54,106 bases of DNA, taken from assembly GCA_905211485.1 (NCBI GenBank), contig CAJMAW010000002.1, positions 1-54,106 on the forward strand, written 5' to 3'. Made by a program: the position numbers and the translations under genes. The notes below the pieces were generated by a model. The model ran no database searches. It saw only the letters and a program-made list of their open reading frames with translations, and had not been told where the DNA came from. Shown piece after piece: positions 1 through 10,351 of the stretch; within the stretch, counting starts at the first letter, position 1; each line of letters starts with the position of its first letter. This stretch comes from an uncultured Lentisphaeria bacterium (lineage in GTDB: Bacteria; Verrucomicrobiota; Lentisphaeria; Victivallales; UBA1829).

Positions 1-253
1 CATTCTTTTTCCTGTTACAAACTCAATTCCCCCTCAAATAAATAGAGGCGCCCTAAAGTCTGACTCTATCTTCGGCATCACTCGCAGAATCTCCGGTTTT
101 CCCGGTATGAGACATCATTTATCCGAATCAGAATTCGAGTCCAAGGGGAAAAATAGAAACCTTCTCTTTTCAAAACGGAAAAAGACTACCCGGAAAACCG
201 TGGAGTCTTAGTCTTTCTCATCTGCAGGCGTCTATATCTATATATTGGAGAAC

Positions 254-283
254 GGAAGAAAAAACTTTTTCCTTTTTTCTTCC
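254..283 (-). terminator. hairpin downstream of TPR gene (candidate terminator)
   Basis: Perfect 11-bp stem GGAAGAAAAAA (254-264) / TTTTTTCTTCC (273-283) with an 8-nt loop, 29 nt past the TPR stop on the minus strand. Palindromic, so it could act in either direction. No separate U-tail beyond the stem. Confidence 0.3.
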
Positions 284-311
284 CCCCGGATCCGATAATC
301 CGATATATATA

Positions 312-1715
312 TCAGGCTTGCTGGTGCTGTTTTGAATAATAAGCATCCATGCGCGCCCCGACGTCCAGATAATTGACATTGGCGGAATAAATCTGCTTGA
401 AGCAGTCCATGGCTTCCTCCATACTTCCCATGGACTCACAAGTGACGCCCATGTGATACAGAGCATTCATCTTGTCCTTGTCCATGACCTGCATTTCGGA
501 GAGAGCCTTTTTGAACTGCTCAATCGCCATGTCATACTGCGATTTTGCGGAGAAACAGCGCCCGAGATAGACAATCGCATTCAAACGGCGCTGAGGATTC
601 CGCTGGGCAAGCTGGAACTGTTCCAGAGCCTTGTCGATCTGACCGCCTTCCCAGTATAGTTCGGCAAGTTCGTATTTCAGCTGCAGATCGTTCGGATAGG
701 ATTTGACGCGGTCCTCATAACGATCCAGTTTGTAGTCGTAGATTTTTTTCTGTTCCGCGGCGATCTCTTCCTCCGAAGCATGGTTCTCTTTGAGAGACTG
801 GATCTGACGTTCAATGATTGCCACATTGGCCCGCTCGATGGCCTTATCGATGGAGGGGTCAAGCGTTCCCATTTTCTTGACAATCCACTCATATTCCCGG
901 ATGGCATCCTCATAACGGAAGTCGCGCAGATACAGTTCGGCCAGTTTTCTGTGAATGTCGACGGATGTTTCACCTTCCTGGATCATCTTTTCGTATTTCG
1001 CGATCATTTCCCTCACATCGTCAACAGCCCGGATGATTCTGTCCCCCTGTTCCGCATCGGCGCCCTGGTCCTGATTTTTCAGCTTATCCTGGAAGGAAAC
1101 ATTTCTTTCTCCCCAGCGCCCCTGCTCCATTGTTGCCAGAGCGGCGGCGGTTCGGAGTGCAGCCTGGGCTTCCAGGTCGCCGGGATGGCGGTCCGCGATT
1201 TTTTGACAGATCTTCAAAACATTCTTTCCGTCGCCCATTGATTCATAAATTGCCGAGAGCGCCTTCAGATTGGCTTCGTTTGAGGGTTCAAAATCGGCGA
1301 TGATTTCGAGCGCCTCCGCTGCGATGAAAGGCGCTCCGGCAGCTTTTGCCGCATCCGCAAGAAGGTTCAGAGCGGCTATGGAATGGAAATAGGCCGCCAG
1401 AGCATCCTCGGCACACTTTATGGCTTCCAGCGGTTTCTTCGCCACAAAGACTCTTCCCTTCAGTACAAACTTATTCGCTTTCATGCCGCCGAACAATTTT
1501 TCAAAGGCATTCATATTGTTGAACTTTTGTCTTTCCACATCACGGAGCAGCTGTCTGGCTTCCATGAAGCCGGGTTCTCTCTCAAGGATCGTCTTCAAAA
1601 GTTCAATTCCATAATCCAGGCTGTTTTTATTCAACACATCCCGAGCCTTCTGATACGCAGCACGAACACCACTGGACATGTTGGACAACGATTTCTTTTC
1701 AATCGCCATGATCAT
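312..1715 (-). CDS. tetratricopeptide (TPR) repeat protein
   Basis: Long ORF made of ~34-aa helical repeats with TPR-like A/Y/L spacing (e.g. AELYWEGGQIDKALEQFQLAQRNP, ALYHMGVTCESMGSMEEAMDCFKQIY). Start placed at ATG 1715 (alternative 1709) because GGGAGG lies at 1720-1725. The track start at 1727 is a TTG inside that SD. Confidence 0.75.
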   Translation of the reverse strand: MIMAIEKKSLSNMSSGVRAAYQKARDVLNKNSLDYGIELLKTILEREPGFMEARQLLRDVERQKFNNMNAFEKLFGGMKANKFVLKGRVFVAKKPLEAIKCAEDALAAYFHSIAALNLLADAAKAAGAPFIAAEALEIIADFEPSNEANLKALSAIYESMGDGKNVLKICQKIADRHPGDLEAQAALRTAAALATMEQGRWGERNVSFQDKLKNQDQGADAEQGDRIIRAVDDVREMIAKYEKMIQEGETSVDIHRKLAELYLRDFRYEDAIREYEWIVKKMGTLDPSIDKAIERANVAIIERQIQSLKENHASEEEIAAEQKKIYDYKLDRYEDRVKSYPNDLQLKYELAELYWEGGQIDKALEQFQLAQRNPQRRLNAIVYLGRCFSAKSQYDMAIEQFKKALSEMQVMDKDKMNALYHMGVTCESMGSMEEAMDCFKQIYSANVNYLDVGARMDAYYSKQHQQA

Positions 1716-1846
1716 GAAACCTCCCAAATATAGATTTTTCTGGAAAATATGATATATTATATCGAGCGATGGAGTGAATTCAAGCCCGAATTCTCATTTT
1801 TGCAGAATTTGTGCCTTCTTCAGGTAGGGTTTTCATCTTGAATACA

Positions 1847-3220
1847 ATGAAAAATGATACGATTGCCGCCATCTGCAGCGGAGTGGGAGGTGCGATTTCG
1901 ATTCTCCGTATTTCAGGTCCGGAAGCGCTGTCTGTGGCGTCGGGGATCTGGAAAGGGAAAAGAGAACTTTCCGCATTCCCCAGAAAAATGCTGCTGGGAA
2001 AATTTTCCGGCGAGGAGGGGAAAACACTGGCCTCGGACGGAGAGGACTGCCTGGCCGTATATATGCCTTGTCCAGGAAGTTACACGGGGGAGGATGTGAC
2101 GGAAATTCACTGTCACGGAGGATCGTTTGCCTCCTCCCGCCTTCTGCGTGCCGCCCTCCGCGCGGGAGCGCGCCAGGCTGAACCGGGAGAATTCACGAAA
2201 CGAGCCTTTCTGAACGGAAAAATGGATCTGACGCAGGCGGAGGCGGTTGCAGATCTGATTGCGGCTCAGTCGGAAACGGCGGGCAGACTGGCGGAGCACC
2301 AGATGTCGGGCCGTCTCGGGAAGCAGGTGAGGGAATGCAGAACGCCGCTGATTCATGTGCTCGCCGAACTGGAATCCAGACTCGACTTCCCGGACGAGGA
2401 TCTCGACTGGATGCCGCCCGAAGATCTGATGCGTACCATCCGCCTCTCGCTGAATGGAATCCATGAACTTTTGCGGACGGAAAAATTCGGTGCTCTGGTC
2501 AGGGACGGGCTCAGGATTGTTCTTGCGGGGCGTCCGAATGTCGGGAAATCGAGTCTGCTGAATCAGCTTCTCGGTTACGAAAGAGCCATCGTGACGGATA
2601 TTCCCGGAACCACCCGGGACACACTGGAGGAAAATGCCTCCATCCGCGGCATTCCCGTTCGTTTGACAGACACTGCCGGAATCCGGGATCTTCCTCTTGA
2701 TCCTGTGGAAAAACTGGGAATTGCCAGGTCAAAGGACTCTCTTTTGTCTGCGGAACTGATTCTCTGGATTCTGGACGCATCCAGTCCGGAAGATCAGAAA
2801 CGGGAAATTCTCCGGATGCGCGACGAACTTCCACGCGCTGTGCCTGTCATAGCCTGCTGGAACAAGATGGATCTTCTTCCTCCCGGAGCCACTCTGCCGG
2901 ATCTGGAGCTGCCGACGGCGAAAATATCCACTCTGCGTTCGGAAGGACTGGAAGCTCTCTGCGATCTGATGGAGCAGACTGTCCATAAAAATGGAGAACG
3001 CCTGGAATCGGAAATCGCAGTTTCCGCCCGACATTCCAAACTGCTTTCCGAGAGTGCGGAATCCCTCGAAACGGCTCTCCGGGAAACCGCTGAACTCAAC
3101 TGGGAGCTTGCGGCGTCCTGTCTTCATTCGGCTGTTTGTTCCCTCGGGGCAGTCACCGGAGAAAATGCGGATCCGGATATTCTGGATGAAATCTTTTCCC
3201 GTTTTTGCATCGGCAAATAA
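1847..3220 (+). CDS. mnmE: tRNA modification GTPase MnmE (TrmE)
   Basis: N-terminal TrmE-type segment [19 protein letters not shown]-domain motifs [13 protein letters not shown] and NKMD. Family-defining C-terminal CIGK sits directly before the TAA stop. ATG 1847 preferred over the GTG at 1811. Confidence 0.95.
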   Translation: MKNDTIAAICSGVGGAISILRISGPEALSVASGIWKGKRELSAFPRKMLLGKFSGEEGKTLASDGEDCLAVYMPCPGSYTGEDVTEIHCHGGSFASSRLLRAALRAGARQAEPGEFTKRAFLNGKMDLTQAEAVADLIAAQSETAGRLAEHQMSGRLGKQVRECRTPLIHVLAELESRLDFPDEDLDWMPPEDLMRTIRLSLNGIHELLRTEKFGALVRDGLRIVLAGRPNVGKSSLLNQLLGYERAIVTDIPGTTRDTLEENASIRGIPVRLTDTAGIRDLPLDPVEKLGIARSKDSLLSAELILWILDASSPEDQKREILRMRDELPRAVPVIACWNKMDLLPPGATLPDLELPTAKISTLRSEGLEALCDLMEQTVHKNGERLESEIAVSARHSKLLSESAESLETALRETAELNWELAASCLHSAVCSLGAVTGENADPDILDEIFSRFCIGK

Positions 3221-3280
3221 TTCCCGCGGCAGGGGAAGAAGTTTTTTTCTGAAAAAAAGCAATTTTTCTTGCTCTTTCAC

Positions 3281-3310
3281 TTGACTTTTCAGGAAAAAAG
3301 CGGATATTAA
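3281..3310 (+). promoter_or_regulatory. sigma70-type promoter candidate for tRNA-Lys
   Basis: TTGACT (3281-3286), a 17-18 nt spacer, then ATATTA/TATTAA (3304-3310). This lies about 25 nt upstream of the mature tRNA 5' end. Confidence 0.45.
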
Positions 3311-3334
3311 ACTCATGTCCTGAAACAAAGGCAG

Positions 3335-3410
3335 GCGCCCATAGCTCAGTCGGTAGAGCAAATGACTCTTAATCATTGGGTCCAAGGTTCGAGTCCTTGT
3401 GGGCGCACCA
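3335..3410 (+). tRNA. tRNA-Lys (anticodon CTT)
   Basis: Hand-folded 76-nt cloverleaf. Acceptor GCGCCCA/TGGGCGC, D arm GCTC-AGTCGGTA-GAGC, anticodon arm AATGA-CTCTTAA-TCATT, T arm CAAGG-TTCGAGT-CCTTG, discriminator A, encoded CCA. Confidence 0.95.
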
Positions 3411-3711
3411 TCTACCTTTTTTCATCTACCCTTCTTTTATTTTTTCTCCGAGGGAAAGATTTTTTCCATTCTTTTTGATCCGGAATCTCTCATGAAGCCG
3501 GGAATGGCTCCAAATCTTATATTTTGTACCCGCTCATCAGGCAGATCCTCCGCCTCCTCCCGGAAACCCTCTTCCTTTATCTTATCTATGCGGATTACCG
3601 ATACACTGAGAAAGAGAGAAAGAAGAAAATAACAAAGAAACAGAGAAAAGAATGAAAAGGAGGGGAAAGCACAGGAAAACCGAATCTTTTGAAAAAACGA
3701 TTAGTTTCCAC

Positions 3712-3739
3712 TTGACAATTATTCAAGCAACAGTATAGT
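3712..3739 (+). promoter_or_regulatory. sigma70-type promoter candidate for marR-RND operon
   Basis: Consensus TTGACA (3712-3717), a 16-nt spacer, TATAGT (3734-3739). This lies 26 nt upstream of the MarR start. Confidence 0.5.
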
Positions 3740-3764
3740 ATGGCTTCCCGAATTCAGAGGAAGG

Positions 3765-4256
3765 ATGCCGGACACCATGACAACGGAAAGAAAAGAAAAA
3801 AAACTTGAAGCCCGTCTGGGGGATCTTTTTCAGGAAATTGCGGGAGCCCTTTCAGAAGAATCGTTCAGCGATACGATCGAGCAGTGGCAGGACGTCACCT
3901 ACCGCCAGGAACAGATGATCAAGATCGTCAAAATGATGACGCTTGAACGCGGAGAGGGCATTCCCCTGAAGGAACTTGCTGAAAAAATGAATCTGACTTC
4001 CGGGACCGTTTCGGAATCGGTGGAGGCGCTTGTCCGGAAAGACGCACTGGAAAGGAATCCGAATCCTGCGGACAGGAGATCCGTCCTGATCCGGCTTTCT
4101 CCGAAAAGCACGGCAATCATCAAGAGAGGACTGGAACGCCAGAGCGCCATCACCGCCTCCTGCATTTCTGAAATGACTGAGGAAGAACAATCGGAGCTTC
4201 TCCGGCTCCTGGAAATATTTTATGACAGAATCAACAAAAGGAAAGCACAATCATGA
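3765..4256 (+). CDS. MarR family transcriptional regulator
   Basis: Winged-helix MarR-type segment LTSGTVSESVEALVRKDALERNPNPADRRSVLIRLSPKS. SD GAGGAAGG upstream. ATGA 4-bp overlap with the next gene. Confidence 0.85.
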   Translation: MPDTMTTERKEKKLEARLGDLFQEIAGALSEESFSDTIEQWQDVTYRQEQMIKIVKMMTLERGEGIPLKELAEKMNLTSGTVSESVEALVRKDALERNPNPADRRSVLIRLSPKSTAIIKRGLERQSAITASCISEMTEEEQSELLRLLEIFYDRINKRKAQS

Positions 4257-5368
4257 TGAATCATAAATGGAACTGGAAGAATCTTCTGCTTCTCGGGACG
4301 GGGCTGCTCTTGGCTTCCGATCTGCCGGCCCAGGATCCGGCGCAGAATGCGCCTGCGGTCAGCGTCGTTGCGGAAAAGGCTCAGAAAATTACGGAGACGG
4401 GGACGCGGAAATATATCGGGAGTCTGGAAGCGATTGAGGAAGTCACTCTGGTCGCCCGCGTCTCAGGGTATCTCAACAAGATCAATTTCAGTGAGGGCGA
4501 ACTGGTGAAAGCGGGGCAGCCCCTATTTGAAATCGAAGACACCACCTATCAGGCACAGGTCAAAACCGCCGAGGCGAAACTCCGACAGATTGAAGCCGAA
4601 CTCATCTATGCGGAAAGCAATTATGAAAGGCAGAAGGGGCTTGCCGAAAACAAAATTGTCTCGGAAGAAGCCTTTGAAGACGCGACAAGACTTCTGAACT
4701 ACCGGAAAGCCTGCCTGGCAGAAGCGGAAGCGACACTCATTGATGCGAAAAACAATCTTTCCTATACGAAAATTCTTTCTCCCATCACGGGAAAAATCGG
4801 CAAATCCACCTACACCCGGGGAAATTATGTGACCCCCACGAGCAAGGTGCTGGCGGACATTGTCCAGATTGCACCGATTTATGTGAGATTTTCCATCAGT
4901 GAAAATGATTATCTTTCGCTTTTCGGCAATGCGGAGAACATCAAGGAGAACGCAGTCGTCCGGATTCAGACGGCGGACAAGAAACTCTACGGGGAGCAAG
5001 GCAAAGTCACGCTCGTGGACAACAAGGTGGACTCCGAAACCGGAACGATGATGATCTGGGCGACTTTTGAGAACAAGGATATGAAGCTCAATCCCGGAGG
5101 ACTCGTCACGGTTCTTCTTTCCAAGGCGATCAAGGAGGAGAAAACCGCGGTGAAGCTTTCAGCGGTTCAGGCGGAAGCTTCGGGAAACTTCGTTTATGTG
5201 ATAGATGCTCAGAACCATGCTCTCAAACGGCCGGTCAAACTCGGGGAGATTGTCGGGAATATGCAGATCATTGAGGAAGGAGTCGCTCCGGGCGAAACCG
5301 TCGCGGTGGACGGCACGCACAAGATTCTGCAGCCCGGCATGCCCGTGACCCCGGTATTTGAAGATTGA
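4253..5368 (+). CDS. efflux RND transporter periplasmic adaptor subunit (MFP/HlyD-MexA type)
   Basis: N-terminal hydrophobic signal/anchor. Coiled-coil hairpin (TAEAKLRQIEAELIYAESNYERQKGL). Lipoyl/beta-barrel motifs (YTKILSPITGKIG). Positioned directly upstream of the RND permease. Confidence 0.85.
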   Translation: MMNHKWNWKNLLLLGTGLLLASDLPAQDPAQNAPAVSVVAEKAQKITETGTRKYIGSLEAIEEVTLVARVSGYLNKINFSEGELVKAGQPLFEIEDTTYQAQVKTAEAKLRQIEAELIYAESNYERQKGLAENKIVSEEAFEDATRLLNYRKACLAEAEATLIDAKNNLSYTKILSPITGKIGKSTYTRGNYVTPTSKVLADIVQIAPIYVRFSISENDYLSLFGNAENIKENAVVRIQTADKKLYGEQGKVTLVDNKVDSETGTMMIWATFENKDMKLNPGGLVTVLLSKAIKEEKTAVKLSAVQAEASGNFVYVIDAQNHALKRPVKLGEIVGNMQIIEEGVAPGETVAVDGTHKILQPGMPVTPVFED

Positions 5369-5390
5369 ACAGGAAAGACGGCGACAGATC

Positions 5391-8300
5391 ATGTTTTCTC
5401 TTATTTTCATTGACAGGCCGAAACTCGCGATGGTCATATCGATCGTCACAGTTCTTGCCGGCACCTTGTGCATGTTCAAACTCCCGATTGCGGAATATCC
5501 GGAGATCGCGCCTCCGCAAATCATGGTGACCGCCTCCTACCCCGGAGCCAGTTCCGAGGTTATCGCGGAAACGATAGCTGCTCCGATCGAAGCGGAAATC
5601 AACGGCTTGGAGGATATGGAGTATTTTTCCTCCGAATCCAGCAACAGCGGATCATATACGCTTTCAATCACCTTCCGGTCCGGAGCGGACACGGATATGG
5701 CGCAGGTCAACGTGCAGAACGCCGTAAAGAGGGCTGAACCGACTCTTCCTCAGGAAGTAACAGCGCTTGGGATCCAGGTGATCAAACGTTCTAGTGACAT
5801 TCTCGGGGTGTTTACCTTCAATCGGCAGAAAGACTGCGAAATGTCGCTCCTGGAACTGAGCAACTATATCCGGATTCATGTCAAGGACGCACTCGCACGC
5901 ATCGACGGGATCAGCGAAGCCTCGATTTTCGGAGCGCAGGACTACTCCATGCGTGTGTGGCTGGACCCCATGCGCATGTCAGCATTGAACATTTCCCCCT
6001 CGGAGGTTTCTGCGGCGATTCAAAGCCAGAACATTCAGGCGGCGGCGGGATCCGTGGGAGCGGAATCCAGCAACGAATATCTGCAGCTCAAAGTCAATGC
6101 TCTCGGACGGCTTAAGACGCCGGAACAGTTTGGGGAAATTGTCATCAAGACCGGGGAAAACGGCCGTCTTATCATGTTGAAGGATCTGGCCAGGATTGAA
6201 CTCGGGGCGGAAACCTACAGCGGGAACAGCTTCGTCAACGGGGAGGACTCCATCGCGCTTGCCATTTACAGAAACGATGATGCAAACGCGCTTGATGTCA
6301 TCAACGCAGCCCGTGCGAAACTGGACGAAATCACCTCCATGCCCGGTTTCCCGAAAGGCGTCAAATACGAAATGGGCTACGACCCGACGGAATACATCCG
6401 CATCACCATGAAGGAGATTGTGGAAACGCTGATCATCACTCTGGTTCTGGTGGTGGCCATTACGTATCTGTTCCTTCAGGACTGGCGCGCGACTCTGATT
6501 CCGGCGCTGGCGATTCCTGTTTCGCTTTTCGGAACCTTTATCTTCCTGCTGATTCTGGGGTATTCCATCAACGTGCTGACGATGTTCGCCCTGATTCTGG
6601 TGATCGGGTCTCTGGTGGACGACGCCATCGTGGTGGTGGAAAACGTTACGCGAATCATCGACGATGAAAATCTTTCCCCGCGTGAAGCCACCATCAAGAG
6701 CATGCAGCAGATCACGGGAGCGATTCTGGCCACGACGCTGGTCATTCTGGCCATCTACGCGCCGATCGGATTCTACGGGGGGATGGTCGGAACGATTTAC
6801 CTTCAGTTCTCGGTCACGATGTGCATTGCACTGCTGTTTTCGACCTTCAATGCTCTGACGCTCAGTCCGGCGCTCTGCGCTCTGCTGCTTCGCAAGAAAC
6901 AGCCCTCGAACTTCAGCAAGATCTTTGTCCCGTTCAACTGGTTTCTGGACGGATCCAGGTCCATTTATCTCAAATGTACCGGTTTCCTGGTGAGACGCGC
7001 ATTTCTCACGATTCTGATTTTCGCGGGAGTCCTCTGGGGGAACTACCATCTTTTCCAAATTACGCAGAGTTCCTTCCTGCCCGGTGAAGACAAAGGCGCC
7101 ATCCTCGGAGCCGTGGAAATGCCTCCCGGAGCCACACTGGCGAGAACGGAGAAAGTTCTCCGCAAACTCAATGAAATCGCCCTGGCGACTCCCGGAGTGA
7201 AAAATGTCATCACGGTCAGCGGCTTCAGCTTCATCGGAGGAGAAGGAGAAAACCTCGGTCTGGTCATCATCACACTGAAGGACTGGGCGGAAAGAAAATC
7301 CCCTGATCTTCATGTGGACAGACTCCGTGAAAGGCTTGAAAAAGCGATGGCGGACATTCCATCGGCGAAAATCAATCTTTTCACACCTCCCGCCATCATG
7401 GGGCTGGGGGCCACCGGAGGCGTCAGCTTCGTCCTTCAGGCGACCGGAGCTCAGACTCCGCAGGATCTTGCCAAAGCCCTCGGCACGCTGATCGTGGAAC
7501 TCAACAAGGCTCCGGAAACCGCCTACGCATTCTCCGGATACAACGCCAATACGCCTCAGCTGTATCTGGACATCGACCGGACCAAGGCGGAAATGATGCA
7601 GGTGCCGATCAGCCGGATTTTCACGACCCTTCAGAGCAAACTGGCGTCTCTTTATGTGAACGACTTCAATCTCTTCGGATATTCCTTCAAGGTGAAGATC
7701 CAGTCGGAAGCGGATGAACGGAGCAGTCTCGGGGACATCAGTCACATCAATGTGCAGAGCAACACGGGGAAAATGGTTCCTGTCAGTGCGTTTGCGGATG
7801 TGAAGTACATGATCGGACCGCGTCTGATCCAGCGCTTCAACCAGTCCATGAGCGCCAGCGTGAATGCGCAGGCGAAGCCCGGATACAGTTCAGGGGAACT
7901 GATGGCGAGAATCGAGCAGATCGTTCGGGAAAAACTGCCGAATGATTATCAGATCTCCTGGACGGAAATGAGTTTCCAGGAAAGAGGCAATGAAGGAAAA
8001 ATCGTCGAACTGATGCTTCTGGCGCTCATCTTTGCGTATCTGTTTTTGGTGGCGCAGTATGAAAGCTGGACCATCCCGATCCCGGTGATCACCTCCGTTG
8101 CGGTCGCCACGCTCGGAGCCTTTATCGGGCTTCAGTACTGCCATATGCCGCTGAGCATTTACGCCCAGCTCGGACTGGTCATGCTTATCGGACTCGCGGG
8201 AAAGAATGCCATTCTGATGGTGGAATTCTCCAAACAGGAACGCGAAAGCGGCGCTTCCATTTACGATGCCGCTCAGAACGGCGGACGCGTCCGTTACCGT

Positions 8301-8564
8301 GCCGTCCTCATGACCGCGTGGTCCTTCATTATCGGAGTCTTCCCCATGGTGATCGCCACCGGTGCTGGCGCGGGAAGCCGTACCGCCATCGGAATCACGA
8401 CTTTCAGCGGAATGATCCTTGCCACGATCTTCGGAATTGTCCTGATTCCGCCGCTCTACTCCATCTTCCAGAGAATGCGTGAATTCGTCAAGCCGATGAA
8501 ATTCAACGAATCCGGAAGCATGCAGGCGGCCGTCCCGGCAGAAAAGGCGCCGGAGGGGAAATAA
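5391..8564 (+). CDS. efflux RND transporter permease (AcrB/MexB-like, HAE1 type)
   Basis: About 1057 aa from ATG 5391 (MFSLIFIDRPKLAMV). Shows the 12-TM/two-large-loop organisation and conserved TM4-type segment typical of AcrB-family pumps. The track start 5358 is a TTG overlapping the adaptor stop. No outer-membrane factor gene follows. Confidence 0.9.
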   Translation: MFSLIFIDRPKLAMVISIVTVLAGTLCMFKLPIAEYPEIAPPQIMVTASYPGASSEVIAETIAAPIEAEINGLEDMEYFSSESSNSGSYTLSITFRSGADTDMAQVNVQNAVKRAEPTLPQEVTALGIQVIKRSSDILGVFTFNRQKDCEMSLLELSNYIRIHVKDALARIDGISEASIFGAQDYSMRVWLDPMRMSALNISPSEVSAAIQSQNIQAAAGSVGAESSNEYLQLKVNALGRLKTPEQFGEIVIKTGENGRLIMLKDLARIELGAETYSGNSFVNGEDSIALAIYRNDDANALDVINAARAKLDEITSMPGFPKGVKYEMGYDPTEYIRITMKEIVETLIITLVLVVAITYLFLQDWRATLIPALAIPVSLFGTFIFLLILGYSINVLTMFALILVIGSLVDDAIVVVENVTRIIDDENLSPREATIKSMQQITGAILATTLVILAIYAPIGFYGGMVGTIYLQFSVTMCIALLFSTFNALTLSPALCALLLRKKQPSNFSKIFVPFNWFLDGSRSIYLKCTGFLVRRAFLTILIFAGVLWGNYHLFQITQSSFLPGEDKGAILGAVEMPPGATLARTEKVLRKLNEIALATPGVKNVITVSGFSFIGGEGENLGLVIITLKDWAERKSPDLHVDRLRERLEKAMADIPSAKINLFTPPAIMGLGATGGVSFVLQATGAQTPQDLAKALGTLIVELNKAPETAYAFSGYNANTPQLYLDIDRTKAEMMQVPISRIFTTLQSKLASLYVNDFNLFGYSFKVKIQSEADERSSLGDISHINVQSNTGKMVPVSAFADVKYMIGPRLIQRFNQSMSASVNAQAKPGYSSGELMARIEQIVREKLPNDYQISWTEMSFQERGNEGKIVELMLLALIFAYLFLVAQYESWTIPIPVITSVAVATLGAFIGLQYCHMPLSIYAQLGLVMLIGLAGKNAILMVEFSKQERESGASIYDAAQNGGRVRYRAVLMTAWSFIIGVFPMVIATGAGAGSRTAIGITTFSGMILATIFGIVLIPPLYSIFQRMREFVKPMKFNESGSMQAAVPAEKAPEGK

Positions 8565-8576
8565 TCACAGCCAAGA

Positions 8577-8603
8577 GGGGAAGGGGAGCCTCCTTCCCCT
8601 TTT
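8577..8603 (+). terminator. rho-independent terminator candidate after RND pump
   Basis: GGGGAAGG (8577-8584) pairs with CCTTCCCC (8592-8599), followed by TTTT. It starts 13 nt after the RND stop. Confidence 0.55.
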
Positions 8604-8619
8604 GAATTATTGAAAACCG

Positions 8620-8669
8620 CGGCGGGAACGGAATTCAGACAAGCGTTCCCGCCGTTTTTGTTTTTTTTT
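8620..8669. terminator. strong terminator hairpin between convergent RND and glycosidase genes
   Basis: 11-bp stem CGGCGGGAACG (8620-8630) / CGTTCCCGCCG (8644-8654), 13-nt loop, then TTTTTGTTTTTTTTT on the plus strand. The minus-strand reading is followed by GGTTTTC, so it may act bidirectionally. Confidence 0.7.
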
Positions 8670-8755
8670 GCATTTCCGGGAAAAACGATTTTTCCCCCAT
8701 CGGAGATTTCCTGAACGGAGTCGATCATCCTCCGGGGGAAGACTGTCGGACAAGA

Positions 8756-10351
8756 TCAGTCGAACGAATAAATGCGTGTTTTCAGAAGGCTCGGTTCGAA
8801 GACTTCCATTCCCAGGTAAAGGTCATCGCCGTTCCTCCGTCTGGAGCGTTTCCAGGTCTCGCCTTCAAAGTGTCCTTCCTCGACGCTCAGGAGTTCAGCG
8901 TAAGCATGTTTCTTCGGAAGGGCTTCCACTCTGAAGCCGAGGCCTGCGATCAGGAAGTCGTCCGGACCGGTTTCAATGATGAATCCACCGCCGGGGATGT
9001 CCATTTCCGCGCCGGGGAGCAGCCAGAGGATCCGGAAATCGTATTTTTCAAAGGAGAGGTAATGAGCCCGGAACGAATCCTGAAGGATTCCTTTCATATG
9101 TTTTGTCCCGCGGTAACGCAAAATGGAAGGCATCAGGTTTCTCAGAAGGGAATAGGTTTTCCTGAGCTGAGGGGACTGATCGCGTGAACCCATGCTTTTG
9201 ACCGCGTCCTGGAGAACGGCATCCTCAGGAACGGGTGCGTCGGAAGAACTCTTCACCCCGCCGAGGCTGTCGATTCCGAAGGGGGAAACGCAGAGAGCGC
9301 CCTGCCCGACGGCGTAAAGAATCGTACCCGTCATCCAGCGGTCGCGCCGCATTTCCGGGATCAGAAGGGGATTGCCTTTGAGACGGGTGTAACGGGCGCA
9401 TTCCTCCTTGAAGTTTTCCTGATAGAGATCGGGAGCAAAGACATCGATGTCCGGTGCGGCGCAGCGCCAGACGTCATGCAGTTCCGCGACAGGCCCTCCG
9501 GAAGGATGAGCTCCGCCGGGTTCCCCGGGAGCCTGAACGGTCCAGGCGTTCACGAACATGGGAATCGGATATTCTTCCTTTCCCGCCGCCGCAACGGCAT
9601 TGATGTACTTTGCCGTGTAAAAGGCCGTGAAGACTTCGTCGGCCGCATCTCCGAAGACCGCCTGCCAGTTCCCGGATTTTTCCAGAGCGGAGAAATCCGC
9701 ATGTCCCGAGAGCCAGGGAGAAAGCTCCGCCCGGTGCGTGCAAAGATAGCGGGAAAGTTCTTCCGGAATACTCCGGGCAAAGACTTCATTTGCCGCGGGA
9801 GAAAAATCACGGGATGTCCCGAGAAGGCCGGACTCGTTTTCCACCTGCATCATCAGCACGGTGCGGGAGGAATCCGTTTCCCTCAGATGTTTCATCAGCG
9901 CGGCAAAGGCTCTGGCATCCAGTTTCCGGCATTCGGAAGAAAAACAGCTGATTGCGCGGTTTTTTGTTCCATCTCTGCGGAGGGCGCGCGGGAAACGGAC
10001 TCCATCGGTCCGGACCCATTCGGGCGGATAGGTGGAAAGGGCGTTCTTCCAAGTGGCAAACCAGATCAGAATCAGTTTCAGACCATGAGCTTCCGCGGAA
10101 CGGATCAGATCGTCGACCATGGAAAAATCGAAACGGCCTTCTACAGGTTCGACAAGTTCCCAGGAAACAGTCGCAATCACACAGTTCAAACCGAGATCCC
10201 GCAGTTTCGGCCAGACGCGTTTCATATGTTCCGGATCGGAGGAACTTGAATTGTGAAGTTCTCCGCACAAAAGGACCATCGGCTCTCCCTCAGCATTCAG
10301 GAGCTGAATCACGCCGTCACGTTCTTCCAGACGGGGAAAAGAGTTCTTCAT
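8756..10351 (-). CDS. clan GH-A glycoside hydrolase, beta-galactosidase-like (GH35/GH42-like with DUF5597-type C-terminal region)
   Basis: The N-terminal TIM-barrel segment LHNSSSSDPEHMKRVWPKLRDLGLNCVIATVSWELVEPVEGRFDF and LILIWFATWKN, QVENE resemble the GH35/42-like family. No signal peptide is seen. The family assignment is from memory of the motif style and was not searched. Confidence 0.55.
   Translation of the reverse strand: MKNSFPRLEERDGVIQLLNAEGEPMVLLCGELHNSSSSDPEHMKRVWPKLRDLGLNCVIATVSWELVEPVEGRFDFSMVDDLIRSAEAHGLKLILIWFATWKNALSTYPPEWVRTDGVRFPRALRRDGTKNRAISCFSSECRKLDARAFAALMKHLRETDSSRTVLMMQVENESGLLGTSRDFSPAANEVFARSIPEELSRYLCTHRAELSPWLSGHADFSALEKSGNWQAVFGDAADEVFTAFYTAKYINAVAAAGKEEYPIPMFVNAWTVQAPGEPGGAHPSGGPVAELHDVWRCAAPDIDVFAPDLYQENFKEECARYTRLKGNPLLIPEMRRDRWMTGTILYAVGQGALCVSPFGIDSLGGVKSSSDAPVPEDAVLQDAVKSMGSRDQSPQLRKTYSLLRNLMPSILRYRGTKHMKGILQDSFRAHYLSFEKYDFRILWLLPGAEMDIPGGGFIIETGPDDFLIAGLGFRVEALPKKHAYAELLSVEEGHFEGETWKRSRRRNGDDLYLGMEVFEPSLLKTRIYSFD

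Noticed and set aside
3399-3632. 77-aa ORF beginning inside tRNA-Lys. Similar ORFs 52483-53043 and 52602-53000 run into tRNA-Thr.
   Set aside because: They overlap tRNA genes, have low-complexity compositions, and have no SD or family motifs.
5979-7745. Very long antisense ORFs opposite real genes: 5979-7745 vs the RND pump, 11961-13916 vs typA, 16943-19483 vs the MBL-TIM fusion, 23624-25570 vs the AddB-like gene, 37982-39337 vs CDF, and 40730-41989 and 42026-43096 vs GH20/SIS.
   Set aside because: Their translations are R/F/G-rich and low in information, with no motifs, whereas the sense strands carry unambiguous family motifs. This pattern is what you get when the sense strand avoids TTA/CTA/TCA codons (shadow ORFs in the codon-aligned antisense frame). 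I did not treat them as overlapping genes.
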